This document shows positions 31,497 to 40,946 of a stretch of 64,000 nt of DNA, one piece after another. Positions within the stretch are counted from its first letter, which is position 1; every line of letters starts with the position of its first letter. Both the position numbers and the translations under genes were made by a program. The stretch is from assembly GCA_036339735.1 (NCBI GenBank), contig JAYZAL010000036.1, positions 96,001 to 160,000 on the forward strand, given 5' to 3'. The notes below the pieces were generated by a model. It saw only the letters and a list, made by a program, of their open reading frames with translations, was not told the DNA's origin and made no database searches. The stretch comes from Candidatus Poribacteria bacterium. GTDB taxonomy: Bacteria; Poribacteria; WGA-4E; UBA9662.

Positions 31497-34124
31497 TTAT
31501 CTTTTTGATAATACGACACGCTTTGACTTCTGTCGAGCATCCAGCATCAACTGGAATTTTTGATAATCCTTGGCAGGAATTAGTGTTTCTGTCGCTGTAA
31601 ATGTAGATAACATGGTAATTCGCCGTTTAGAGCTTTTGACATTCAATTCAAAAGAGCCGATCGACGGAAACACTAAGCTCTGAGTTTCTGGAGTCTGGTC
31701 TATTTGAAAAGACTTAGCCAGACTGACTTTGCAGGTGTGCTCGACTGTTATTATTGTCGGTAATGAGACGGGCGAATCTCGTTTTTCGATTCTCAAAAGT
31801 TGATCATATTTGAGTGGTAAAGAAGGGATTTCTAGTAGTAGTTGGTGTCCTAGTCCTATCAGGTGCTTGGAGCGCTTCCAAGCTATAAGCAGTCGACTTT
31901 CGTAAGGACTAATTGACGAAAATCGAAGCTGACTAACCTCTGTATCCTCGTTTAATTCAAGCAGATCTCTGAAAAATGACCTAGCTTTTGGGCTATTCTC
32001 GCTAGAAACATGTTGGCGAATTACGTTATTGAAATAACCAGAAAATCGAATCTCCTGATTGACAATTATTGTTTGGCTTCCTGACACTTGGACCGATGTT
32101 TTGGCAATTTGATGATTGTTAGATTGAGTAGGTGTTTTATCAAATTGATACAGTGGCTGACTCACTGAGCTATTTTTCTCTGCGTCTGGGTTAATTATCA
32201 TTACCCAGCGATTTTGGTCTGAGACTGGTAGCTGATCAAATGGCTGGCCAGTTGCTGTTGGGTCTAAAAATAAAAAATCACTACTTTTTGTTTTGACTGC
32301 TAGAATCATATGGTTGAAATAAGCTAGGGAAGGTACTTGTCGATTGATGTTTCGAGATTTACCTGCTGATATAAGAACCGGATAAGACGAAATTCCTAAC
32401 TCTGATAACATCGTACCAAGTAAGGTCGATTTGTCTTTACAATCGCCGTGCTTTTCCCTAAAAACACGTGGGGATGAATGCGGCTTGATAGCCCATATTC
32501 CCAACTCAATCCCAACGTAATCGATCTCATTAGCAACGAAATTGTATAACTTACGAATCTTTTCTTTTTGACTAAAAACGCCTAAAGTAAGTTCTTTTAC
32601 TTTGTTTTGAATTTGAATGTTGGTCTGAGTTTGATCACGAATCAAAGTAGCGTACCATTCAACTAAAGGTTCCCAAGAGGGAATAGTGGAGACCGCAATA
32701 GAATAAGCCAAATCTTTTTTGTCTGGCATAAATGGCTCATGAATCAAAGGAGGTAAGTCTTTAAATTGGAATTGGTAAGTAGTTGTGTAGCTAGATTTAC
32801 TAATCTCGGGTTGTACTATAAAATTAGGCTTTTTCTCACTACTAGGATGAGATTGATAGCGTAATGTTTTCTCATGGGGTAAAACAATCGTAAGTTCATA
32901 ATAGCTAACTTGGACTGGTTCCTGCACGTAAATTTGTTGCCAAAATTCACCTTCTAACAATTGCCCTTGACTCTTTCTAGTATAACAATAGTCAATAATA
33001 CAACCACTTTGCATCTGTGGCAATTCGAACCTCGTTAGCCTGGCATCCACAAACATTCTAGCCTCAATGGTACCTGGAGGTATCAAGTTTGTTTCTATGT
33101 CTTCGGCGGCTAAGTCAATAATATCGCCACTGGGTAAAATCGTTCTAGCATAACGAACTTCTACACTTCCAGCACCTCTTGTATAAGGAACCGAAACTTG
33201 TCCAAGGTGACGATCGTCCGGATCTATAATTCGAATTGTTCGACAAACTGTATGTGTGTAACTTGAGTCCTCGTTGATATCAAATACATTTTGGCTATTC
33301 ATGATCCGCGACGATATTTCTGACTGTTTAGCTAAAGTACGAAGATGATTTTCATCAAAAGGTGAAACCTCTATATCTTGTTGTATTTCACCTTTCAAAT
33401 CGATAACAGGTATACCTAAATAGGTTTGATTCAGCTCAGTTCCCTTAATTTGTGGGTGTTCTACCTGAACTAAGCCCTCATTTGTATACCATTGACTAAT
33501 ATCAATTTGAGTCTGCTCCATAATTTTCAACAAAGATTGACTAGGGTTCTGACGAAATCGGTTGAGCAAAGTTAGACCAAAACTACACAGAGCATATCCT
33601 TCTTTGTTGGAACAAGAAGTTATAACAACAGTATCTGGATGAGGTAACAGTGAGATCATTTTTCCGCTATAAGGAAAATCAAAGAATACCATTTTGGTTT
33701 TGCTCTGAATTCGGCGGATCATATTAGCATATTCTTGAGCAAATAGATCTCGACCAGGAAGGTTAAATTTAAGATGTTTGCCTGATTGATTCGCGTGGCC
33801 TGACATCAATAAGATAAATCGGTCATCGGAAGTAGCCGAGGCGTAAATAGTATGGAAAGCCGAAATGACATTCTCTGCAGTTGATTGATCCGTTACTATT
33901 TTCCCAAGAGGCTGTTCAAAGAGGAAGGTGACTTGATTTGGGTTAAGACCATAGGTATCAATCAAAAGATTATAAAATTGAAGACCAGTTTGCCAAAAAC
34001 GATCGTAATACGATTTTTCACCCGCGATTCCACCGATAATCAGCACGTAGTCTTTGGCTTTGACTCCTTGCTGGAAACTACAGGTGAAAATTATACTAGC
34101 AACAATTGAAAACCAGTATCGCAA
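31497..34124 (-). CDS. Exported fusion: caspase-fold-like N-domain + DUF3857 + transglutaminase-like domain
   Basis: Signal peptide; ILLMSGH...FFDFPYSG; YARTILPSG, GCIIDY; GDCKDKS, FNHMI, FLDPT. Confidence 0.8.
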   Translation of the reverse strand: MRYWFSIVASIIFTCSFQQGVKAKDYVLIIGGIAGEKSYYDRFWQTGLQFYNLLIDTYGLNPNQVTFLFEQPLGKIVTDQSTAENVISAFHTIYASATSDDRFILLMSGHANQSGKHLKFNLPGRDLFAQEYANMIRRIQSKTKMVFFDFPYSGKMISLLPHPDTVVITSCSNKEGYALCSFGLTLLNRFRQNPSQSLLKIMEQTQIDISQWYTNEGLVQVEHPQIKGTELNQTYLGIPVIDLKGEIQQDIEVSPFDENHLRTLAKQSEISSRIMNSQNVFDINEDSSYTHTVCRTIRIIDPDDRHLGQVSVPYTRGAGSVEVRYARTILPSGDIIDLAAEDIETNLIPPGTIEARMFVDARLTRFELPQMQSGCIIDYCYTRKSQGQLLEGEFWQQIYVQEPVQVSYYELTIVLPHEKTLRYQSHPSSEKKPNFIVQPEISKSSYTTTYQFQFKDLPPLIHEPFMPDKKDLAYSIAVSTIPSWEPLVEWYATLIRDQTQTNIQIQNKVKELTLGVFSQKEKIRKLYNFVANEIDYVGIELGIWAIKPHSSPRVFREKHGDCKDKSTLLGTMLSELGISSYPVLISAGKSRNINRQVPSLAYFNHMILAVKTKSSDFLFLDPTATGQPFDQLPVSDQNRWVMIINPDAEKNSSVSQPLYQFDKTPTQSNNHQIAKTSVQVSGSQTIIVNQEIRFSGYFNNVIRQHVSSENSPKARSFFRDLLELNEDTEVSQLRFSSISPYESRLLIAWKRSKHLIGLGHQLLLEIPSLPLKYDQLLRIEKRDSPVSLPTIITVEHTCKVSLAKSFQIDQTPETQSLVFPSIGSFELNVKSSKRRITMLSTFTATETLIPAKDYQKFQLMLDARQKSKRVVLSKR

Positions 34125-34148
34125 ATAATTAGGCCTTAATTAATCAGA

Positions 34149-35552
34149 TCAAGTTTCTCGGTTATGGCCAAGTCCATTTTCCGTTAAAATATGAGTTCCA
34201 ACGGTTCCGTTTGTGATATGGAAAATCGAAGGATACTGGTCTGCCCACTCATAATTAGCTGCGGGGCAAAACTGACGAGAATTACCTTCAATTGCTGTGA
34301 CTCCTTTGACACGAGCGGCAATGCCAGCCGAGTGGAGAAATGAGGCGCCTGGACACGTCAAGTCCTGAACCGCCAAGAACATATTGTAATCTTGAGCAGC
34401 TGCTCCCATCAACAAAGCTTGCGACTGTCCTTTACAAGCTTTCAGGGCTACACCAGAATAACCTTGTTCTCTTGCTAGTAGAAAAGTTTCAAGGTCAGTC
34501 AATGATTCATCGATAACGACAGGTTTGATCGCTGAGGCCTTATGCATTTTATTCTCAGGATGAGATTTTAGATCACGGTCCGTTGGTTGTTCTATGTAAG
34601 CTAATCGTTCAAAGGCAAGACCTTTTCCTTCCTGAATTCTTTGCAAAAACTCCAAGAGATATTCTACATCGGCACAAGTTTCATTGAAGTCAGCAGAATA
34701 ATACCAACTAGTAACTCCCCGCTTCGACTGGGTTTCAGATGCTACTTGCTCAATAGATAATAAGCGGTCAACGTCCCAATCTAGGTCTTTTCCATTAAGT
34801 TTAACCTTCAAATGAGTAAGTCCATCGGCCTCAATCCATTCTGGAAGAGTTAACGGTAAGCCATCATCTATTGGATCGCTAATATCATCACTTGTCAAAG
34901 GGTCTAATGCTCCGATTAGATGGTAGAGAGGCATATAATTTTTGGGAGAATTTGATAAATATTGATCTAAATATTTACCTTGGAACCTCTTTGGATGAAG
35001 TTGTTCACTTGCAACACCAGCTTTCTGAGTATTAAGATAATGGGATAAATCGTAACTCACAAACGCCGACGATAGTCCATTATAGCTGTTGATACCGTTG
35101 GCTCTACCAAATGCGTCGTGGATTGCCGCATCAATAGGGCTGGTCGTTACGGCAGTACACAGCTTTGGAATAGGTATTGAAAGCCCCATTTGATCTGAAA
35201 TCTGTGTGGATAATTCAATGAAAATAGGTTCCAGAATCTCTGAGTGGTCTAATGGATGAGCTATTAGTTGATGGTCACGAGTTTTGACAATGGACTGTTC
35301 AGCCAATTGTTTCATCGCATTCAAACTTTGCTCAAATGGTACATAACGTGGTGGGAATGCCCATACATTGCCTAGTGGCATTGAGCCAAAACCATGGCCG
35401 ATTTTGTGGTCTCTAGTTTCAACAACCATCCTGACATTGAATAAAATACAATGATCGGTTGGCACACCGCCAAACTTGAGTGGTGTGCGATACTGATGTT
35501 GTTCAAAATCGAAGCTAACTTCTCGAATACGAATGTCCGTTCCTTTCCCCAT
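34149..35552 (-). CDS. Enolase-superfamily (mandelate racemase-like) protein
   Basis: LKVKL, DFNE, YIEQP, VIDES, ALKACKG, VQDL; AGGAGAG RBS before ATG 35552. Confidence 0.8.
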   Translation of the reverse strand: MGKGTDIRIREVSFDFEQHQYRTPLKFGGVPTDHCILFNVRMVVETRDHKIGHGFGSMPLGNVWAFPPRYVPFEQSLNAMKQLAEQSIVKTRDHQLIAHPLDHSEILEPIFIELSTQISDQMGLSIPIPKLCTAVTTSPIDAAIHDAFGRANGINSYNGLSSAFVSYDLSHYLNTQKAGVASEQLHPKRFQGKYLDQYLSNSPKNYMPLYHLIGALDPLTSDDISDPIDDGLPLTLPEWIEADGLTHLKVKLNGKDLDWDVDRLLSIEQVASETQSKRGVTSWYYSADFNETCADVEYLLEFLQRIQEGKGLAFERLAYIEQPTDRDLKSHPENKMHKASAIKPVVIDESLTDLETFLLAREQGYSGVALKACKGQSQALLMGAAAQDYNMFLAVQDLTCPGASFLHSAGIAARVKGVTAIEGNSRQFCPAANYEWADQYPSIFHITNGTVGTHILTENGLGHNRET

Positions 35553-35637
35553 AAACGCTCTCCTGATAGGTTGATTGGTTAACGAAGCCAACGACTAAAT
35601 TATAAGGCCAATATCAAAAAAATCAAGATATAGCTTG

Positions 35638-36369
35638 TTACCAAAATAGAAGCTTCAGTCCAGTTAAGATAACAATCAGCAAAATTATCATAGAGAAAAT
35701 GGAATTGGAAACTCTGCGGTTGAGGTAAACTCCAAGTCCTGTTCCAAAAAATAACATCGGCAATAAGGGGAATATACGGTTAAACATTGATAGGTTCAAC
35801 ACATTCAGCTCTAGATAAACCGGAATTTTACAAAAATTAATCAAAAAGTAGAAAGCTGTAGTAGTAGCGACAAAAGTACGGTTCGGAAGGTTTTGTGGCA
35901 AAAGATACATAGTGGTTACCGTTCCACCGATATGTGCCAGTGTGGAAATAAAACCAGTGGCCAAACCAGCAATAGTTCCATGCCAGACTCTAGGTTGAAA
36001 CAGCCTATTCTGTTGTCTGAATTGACGGCGATAAACTTGAAATAATGCGAAACCAAGAGCCGCAATTCCGATAATAGTCTTAAGATGATCGTCCGATACA
36101 CTATCCAACAGAAAATAGCCACTACCGATTCCGACAAACGCACCAGGAACAAGAACAACTAGATTACCCCAATCCCATTTTTTCCAGTAAAAATAAAGAG
36201 AAACAATATCACAAGCAAACAATAGTGGAAGCATGAGGCCAATTGTTTCTTTAGCTGGCAAAATCAGTAGTAGGATTGGCCCAACAACAATACCAGTTCC
36301 ACCCCCAAAACCAGCTTTAGATAGGCCAATTAGGAGGGCTGATAAATTAAGTAATACTAGTTCAGTCAT
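35638..36369 (-). CDS. TauE/SafE (TSUP) family membrane transporter
   Basis: GLSKAGFGGG, MLPLL..CD, GFISTLAHIGG, INFCKIP. Confidence 0.88.
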   Translation of the reverse strand: MTELVLLNLSALLIGLSKAGFGGGTGIVVGPILLLILPAKETIGLMLPLLFACDIVSLYFYWKKWDWGNLVVLVPGAFVGIGSGYFLLDSVSDDHLKTIIGIAALGFALFQVYRRQFRQQNRLFQPRVWHGTIAGLATGFISTLAHIGGTVTTMYLLPQNLPNRTFVATTTAFYFLINFCKIPVYLELNVLNLSMFNRIFPLLPMLFFGTGLGVYLNRRVSNSIFSMIILLIVILTGLKLLFW

Positions 36370-36371
36370 CT

Positions 36372-37511
36372 TTATTTACTAAATGCTTTCAAGACTTCCG
36401 CCTTAATTTGACACTCGCGGTATTCGTCCCAGCTATTCGAATCCCACACTATACCACTACCAATACCATATTCCGCTTGTTCCTCCCAAACAACTGCTGT
36501 ACGAATCGCGACATTAAAATCCGCTCGTAATCCAATACTATCATCAGGTTGAATAATGCCTACAGCTCCAGTATAAATGCCTCGTGGTATAGGCTCGATC
36601 ATATTGATAATTCTAGTTGTTCTCGGTTTTGGGGCGCCAGTAACTGAAGCACAAGGAAAAAGGGCCGTAATAATTTCAGTAATGCTGACATTTGTTCGGG
36701 CGGTTACAGTCGAAGTCATTTGCCAGACGGTAGGGTATTCCTCAATTTCAAAAAGATTCTTGGTTGTTACACTACCAAAGTTTGATATTTGACCCAAATC
36801 GTTACGTACCATATCGACAATCATTACATTTTCGGCTTGATCTTTTATGGAATATCGGAGAGCTTCAGCTAATTTTAAATCGATTTCAGGTTCTATGTGC
36901 CTTTGTCGTGTCCCCTTCATTGGTCGCATAGTAATCAAACCATTCACGTAGGAAAAAAAAAGTTCTGGGGATACTGAACAAATAGCATATTTGTCAGACT
37001 GAATAAAGACGCAGCATTCAACTAATTGAGTCTGTATTAACTGGTGAAATAGAGACAAAGGTGCACCAGTAAATGGTGTTTGTAACCGATGAGTATAGTT
37101 AACTTGGTAAGTATCGCCTTTAACAATCCAATCTTTTATTTGCTGTATCCGATACTGATATTCACCAAAGTTGACAGTCGGCCGCCAAGTCAGCCTTCTC
37201 AAATCATCATCCCAATTCTTTGGTGGTACGGGAGGATCTGTAGATCGCATCATTGAATCAAACAAACCAAAAGATATCAGCGGAATCGGCGATTGGTATA
37301 GGGTGGAATCATGAGCAGTCAAAGCAGGATCAAAACCAGAAGCAGATTCATATGCGATGAAACCAATCGCATAGTAACGATTAGTCAAAACTCTTTGTTC
37401 TACTTGGTTTAGTGTATTGACAACTTGGTCTAATTGCGAAGTTTGAATAACTTCGACTGGTTGGGAAAAATTAAGCCAATGACCTTTAGAGTGAAGAATT
37501 ACTTGGTTCAT
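36372..37511 (-). CDS. pabB: Aminodeoxychorismate synthase component I
   Basis: GDTYQVNYT, SPELFF, RPMKGTR, AENVMIVDMVRNDLG, FPCASVTGAPK, FNVAIRT. Confidence 0.9.
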   Translation of the reverse strand: MNQVILHSKGHWLNFSQPVEVIQTSQLDQVVNTLNQVEQRVLTNRYYAIGFIAYESASGFDPALTAHDSTLYQSPIPLISFGLFDSMMRSTDPPVPPKNWDDDLRRLTWRPTVNFGEYQYRIQQIKDWIVKGDTYQVNYTHRLQTPFTGAPLSLFHQLIQTQLVECCVFIQSDKYAICSVSPELFFSYVNGLITMRPMKGTRQRHIEPEIDLKLAEALRYSIKDQAENVMIVDMVRNDLGQISNFGSVTTKNLFEIEEYPTVWQMTSTVTARTNVSITEIITALFPCASVTGAPKPRTTRIINMIEPIPRGIYTGAVGIIQPDDSIGLRADFNVAIRTAVVWEEQAEYGIGSGIVWDSNSWDEYRECQIKAEVLKAFSK

Positions 37512-38331
37512 GGTTAGTTGGAAGTTTGTGCGTTTTTAAAAAAAAATCCACTTCCGACCATGAACGAAGGCCGATAACAGAACCCGAGTGAATATCAGGA
37601 AAATAATCACTACCCAATTGTATATCGACAAACGGTATTTCGAAATACCTTAGTGCTTGACGAGCCAATTGATTTTGACCAATTAGTATGCCTATATCTG
37701 CATGACAAATTGCTAATATATCGTTAATTGAGTCGCCAATGAAGGCCGTCTTCCCATAAGTATTCATCACTTGCTCGATTCGACTTAGCTTGTGTTGAGC
37801 TGAGGTTATTTTAAATTTAATCTCGCCAGTCGTAGTGATGGGATCTTCATTAGTAAATAATAGGTCGTTAGCTGTTATCAAGTCGCAATACTCACCCACG
37901 GCCCCAATAATCAGATCGGTAGACCAGTTAGCAGATAAGATTTCGACTCTCACTGATTTTCTTCTTAGCCTAGTCAGGACTCGTTCAACAAGTCGTCTTT
38001 TCTTTGTTTTTTGCCCTAATCGGAGAAGTTGTTCTTTTTTCAGTCCCATCAAGAATTTTTGTAAAACCACTTGCTCTAGCGCAGGCTTTTCAACGGTATT
38101 ATGAAAATTAGCGACAAAAGCTTCTAGGGACGAAAAATCAGAAAAAAACGAACTGTCTGCTACGGCAGATTGAGATTGATAATGCTGAGATAAGGACAAC
38201 CAATTCTCCAGCTGATCATCTGGTTGCTCTAACTGGCCAATTGCCAACCGAGCCAGAGAATCGATGGTGTCCCGTTTTGTGACGGTTCCATCAAAGTCAG
38301 CCACAAGTACCGAAACCACGTATTTAGACAA
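37486..38331 (-). CDS. HAD-superfamily phosphatase
   Basis: DFDGT (motif I), ILSANW (II), K (III), GDSINDI (IV). Confidence 0.88.
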   Translation of the reverse strand: MSKYVVSVLVADFDGTVTKRDTIDSLARLAIGQLEQPDDQLENWLSLSQHYQSQSAVADSSFFSDFSSLEAFVANFHNTVEKPALEQVVLQKFLMGLKKEQLLRLGQKTKKRRLVERVLTRLRRKSVRVEILSANWSTDLIIGAVGEYCDLITANDLLFTNEDPITTTGEIKFKITSAQHKLSRIEQVMNTYGKTAFIGDSINDILAICHADIGILIGQNQLARQALRYFEIPFVDIQLGSDYFPDIHSGSVIGLRSWSEVDFFLKTHKLPTNHEPSNSSL

Positions 38332-38350
38332 TCCGAGGTCCTATGTAGAT

Positions 38351-39757
38351 TCAATTTGAGATGTTAGGCCGAGTCATATCGGCAGGAACAACTGCTTGGT
38401 CAAATTCTTGCTCCGTCAACAGCTGTCTGGATATTACAATTTCTTTCAATGTTTTTCCTGTTTCGTGTGCTTTTTTAGCTACTTCTGCAGCTTGGTCATA
38501 ACCAATGTGGGGGGCCAATGCGGTTACTAACATTAAGGAATCGTGTAAGTACTGATTGATTTGATGCAAATTCGGCTTTATGCCAATAACACAATGTTGA
38601 TCAAACGAGTCACAGGCATCTCCAAGTAAACGGATCGATTGCAAAATATTGAAAGCCATGACTGGCATGTAAACATTTAACTCAAAATTACCTGACGCCC
38701 CTGCAACAGTAATTGTCGTATCATTACCTATGACTTGGGAGCAGACCATAGTAAGAGCTTCGCATTGCGTTGGATTGACTTTTCCTGGCATAATAGATGA
38801 TCCTGGCTCGTTTTCTGGCAAAATGATCTCACCAATACCGCAACGAGGGCCCGACCCCAGCCAACGAATATCATTGGCAATTTTATTCAGAGCACAAGCC
38901 AATGTTTTCAGTGCACCACTGGCTTCTACTAACGCATCACGTGCGCCTAGAGCAGCAAATTTATTCGGTGCAGAAACGAAGTTTTGCCCGGTTTTCTGTG
39001 CCATTTTTTTTGCTGCTAATTCTGCATATTCAGGATGAGTGTTCAAACCAGTTCCGACAGCAGTACCACCAATCGGTAATTCAAATAGATGGGGGAAAGT
39101 GTGGTTAATTGCTCGAAGAGCATTGTCTAATTGTTGGACATAGCCTGAGAATTCTTGACCCAGTGTCAATGGAGTAGCATCTTGCAAATGAGTTCGACCG
39201 ATTTTGACAATCTCAGCAAATTCATCGGACTTATCAGAAAGGGACTCTCTCAAACTTGCTACCATCGGTTTCAGATGATGCTCAATTCGATCTACCACAG
39301 CTAGATGAATAGCTGTTGGAAAGGAGTCATTAGTAGATTGGGATTTATTGACATGATCGTTGGGATGAATGGGCTTTTTGCTTCCCAAGACTCCACCTAA
39401 GATCTCAATAGCTCGGTTTGCAACAACTTCATTGACATTCATGTTAGTTTGTGTTCCACTCCCCGTTTGCCAAACTACTAATGGGAAATGATCATCCAAT
39501 TTACCATCAATGACTTCTTGAGTGGCTTTCCGAATAACTTCAGCTTCATCAGGTGTCAATAACCCTAAATCTCGATTAACTTCAGCCACCGATTGTTTCA
39601 CAATACCCAAAGCCCAAATCATCTCCCGAGGAAACCGCTCGCTACCGATTTTGAAATTTTGCACAGACCTTTGGGTTTGTGCCCCCCAGTAACGATCAGA
39701 TGGAACTTCAATCTGCCCCATACTATCTTGTTCAACTCTAAATTCGGTTTCCATCAC
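38351..39757 (-). CDS. fumC: Class II fumarate hydratase
   Basis: [38 protein letters not shown]. Confidence 0.98.
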   Translation of the reverse strand: MMETEFRVEQDSMGQIEVPSDRYWGAQTQRSVQNFKIGSERFPREMIWALGIVKQSVAEVNRDLGLLTPDEAEVIRKATQEVIDGKLDDHFPLVVWQTGSGTQTNMNVNEVVANRAIEILGGVLGSKKPIHPNDHVNKSQSTNDSFPTAIHLAVVDRIEHHLKPMVASLRESLSDKSDEFAEIVKIGRTHLQDATPLTLGQEFSGYVQQLDNALRAINHTFPHLFELPIGGTAVGTGLNTHPEYAELAAKKMAQKTGQNFVSAPNKFAALGARDALVEASGALKTLACALNKIANDIRWLGSGPRCGIGEIILPENEPGSSIMPGKVNPTQCEALTMVCSQVIGNDTTITVAGASGNFELNVYMPVMAFNILQSIRLLGDACDSFDQHCVIGIKPNLHQINQYLHDSLMLVTALAPHIGYDQAAEVAKKAHETGKTLKEIVISRQLLTEQEFDQAVVPADMTRPNISN

Positions 39758-39850
39758 ACAACTCCTGATCTTTTATAAGATTGATCTCCATGTTTTGTTA
39801 GTCTAATCAGCAAATAATTTTCTACCATAGGGACCGAGAAAAACTCAAAG

Positions 39851-39879
39851 ATTATATCACTTGAGTGACAACCTCACAA
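39851..39879 (-). promoter_or_regulatory. Candidate sigma70 promoter for fumC
   Basis: TTGTGA-N17-TATAAT with extended -10 TG on the minus strand. Confidence 0.45.
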
Positions 39880-40237
39880 GGTTAGCTGAAAGGTTGACAA
39901 ATGATATGTATTGTTTTCTAAGTAAATAAATTTCACAAGAATAGAAAGACTGTATCAACAAACATAACCAAGTAGTGAATAGCTGGATTTATAGCGAGAA
40001 GTGAAGTAAAAGATGGCAGGTGGAACCATACATTAGCAACTAAATCTATCTCCAGGTTGTTACACGCTCATGTATTCGCTATCTCGAAAAAAGTTATGGG
40101 CCTGATAGGATGTTCCTCACCTTTTATAATTGAATGGTTAAAAGTATGACCCAAAAGTACCAAGTTCAATACCTCTGACGAGCCTTGCCTGATATACACG
40201 ACCTTTTAAGTAGAAGACAGCTGTTCAATCCGTCTCT

Positions 40238-40933
40238 TTAGAACAGTTCGTCATCAGCATTTGACTGACTTTCTTGCTCTGGAGAAGTTAGAATTTCTAA
40301 CTTACGTTGGGCTAATCGACCAGCTTGAGAATCAGGAGAAAGTTGAAGGACTTTCTGATAGTCGGCTACAGCCGCATCGTTTTTTCGAATTCGGTGATAG
40401 AGCATGGCTCGAAAGTAATAGGCATTGGTATAACTGTTATCCAATTCAATAGCCTTGCTAAAATCTGCAATGGCTTTATCGTAGCTATTAAGCTCGAGGT
40501 AAGCATTTCCTCTCAGCACATGGGATTGTGATTGGCTTGGGTCTAATCTAATAGATTCAGTGGCATCCTGTACTGCTTCTTTTAGCTGACCCTCAATTTT
40601 ATAGATGTTACCACGTAATAAATAGGCGTTAGCATCAGCAGGATTAAGATAAATAGCAGTATGAAAATCTTGTAACGCTCTACGATTTTGCTTCAGTTGT
40701 CGATGAATTCCAGCTCGTAAGATATAGGCTTTTGGGTCGTCCGATTTTAGATCGATAACCCTAGTCAAATCACCTAACGCCAAATCCAAATTTCCCAGCT
40801 CTTTATATGCCTGTGCACGTTTGTAGTAGCGTAAGGGATTATTTGGTAGCTCAGCAATTTCTCGGCTACATTCGTCAACGATTCGTTCCCAATAATTTTG
40901 TACACCTTGTGCAGTTGCTCGAGTTCCTATCAC
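40238..40933 (-). CDS. TPR repeat protein
   Basis: About five 34-aa AYxxRG...AxxDxxxAIxLxP repeats. Confidence 0.92.
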   Translation of the reverse strand: MIGTRATAQGVQNYWERIVDECSREIAELPNNPLRYYKRAQAYKELGNLDLALGDLTRVIDLKSDDPKAYILRAGIHRQLKQNRRALQDFHTAIYLNPADANAYLLRGNIYKIEGQLKEAVQDATESIRLDPSQSQSHVLRGNAYLELNSYDKAIADFSKAIELDNSYTNAYYFRAMLYHRIRKNDAAVADYQKVLQLSPDSQAGRLAQRKLEILTSPEQESQSNADDELF

Positions 40934-40946
40934 GGAGCCTCCTTTG

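Noticed and set aside
40095-40236. Possible 6S RNA
   Set aside because: Ends do not pair into the long 6S rod on either strand by inspection
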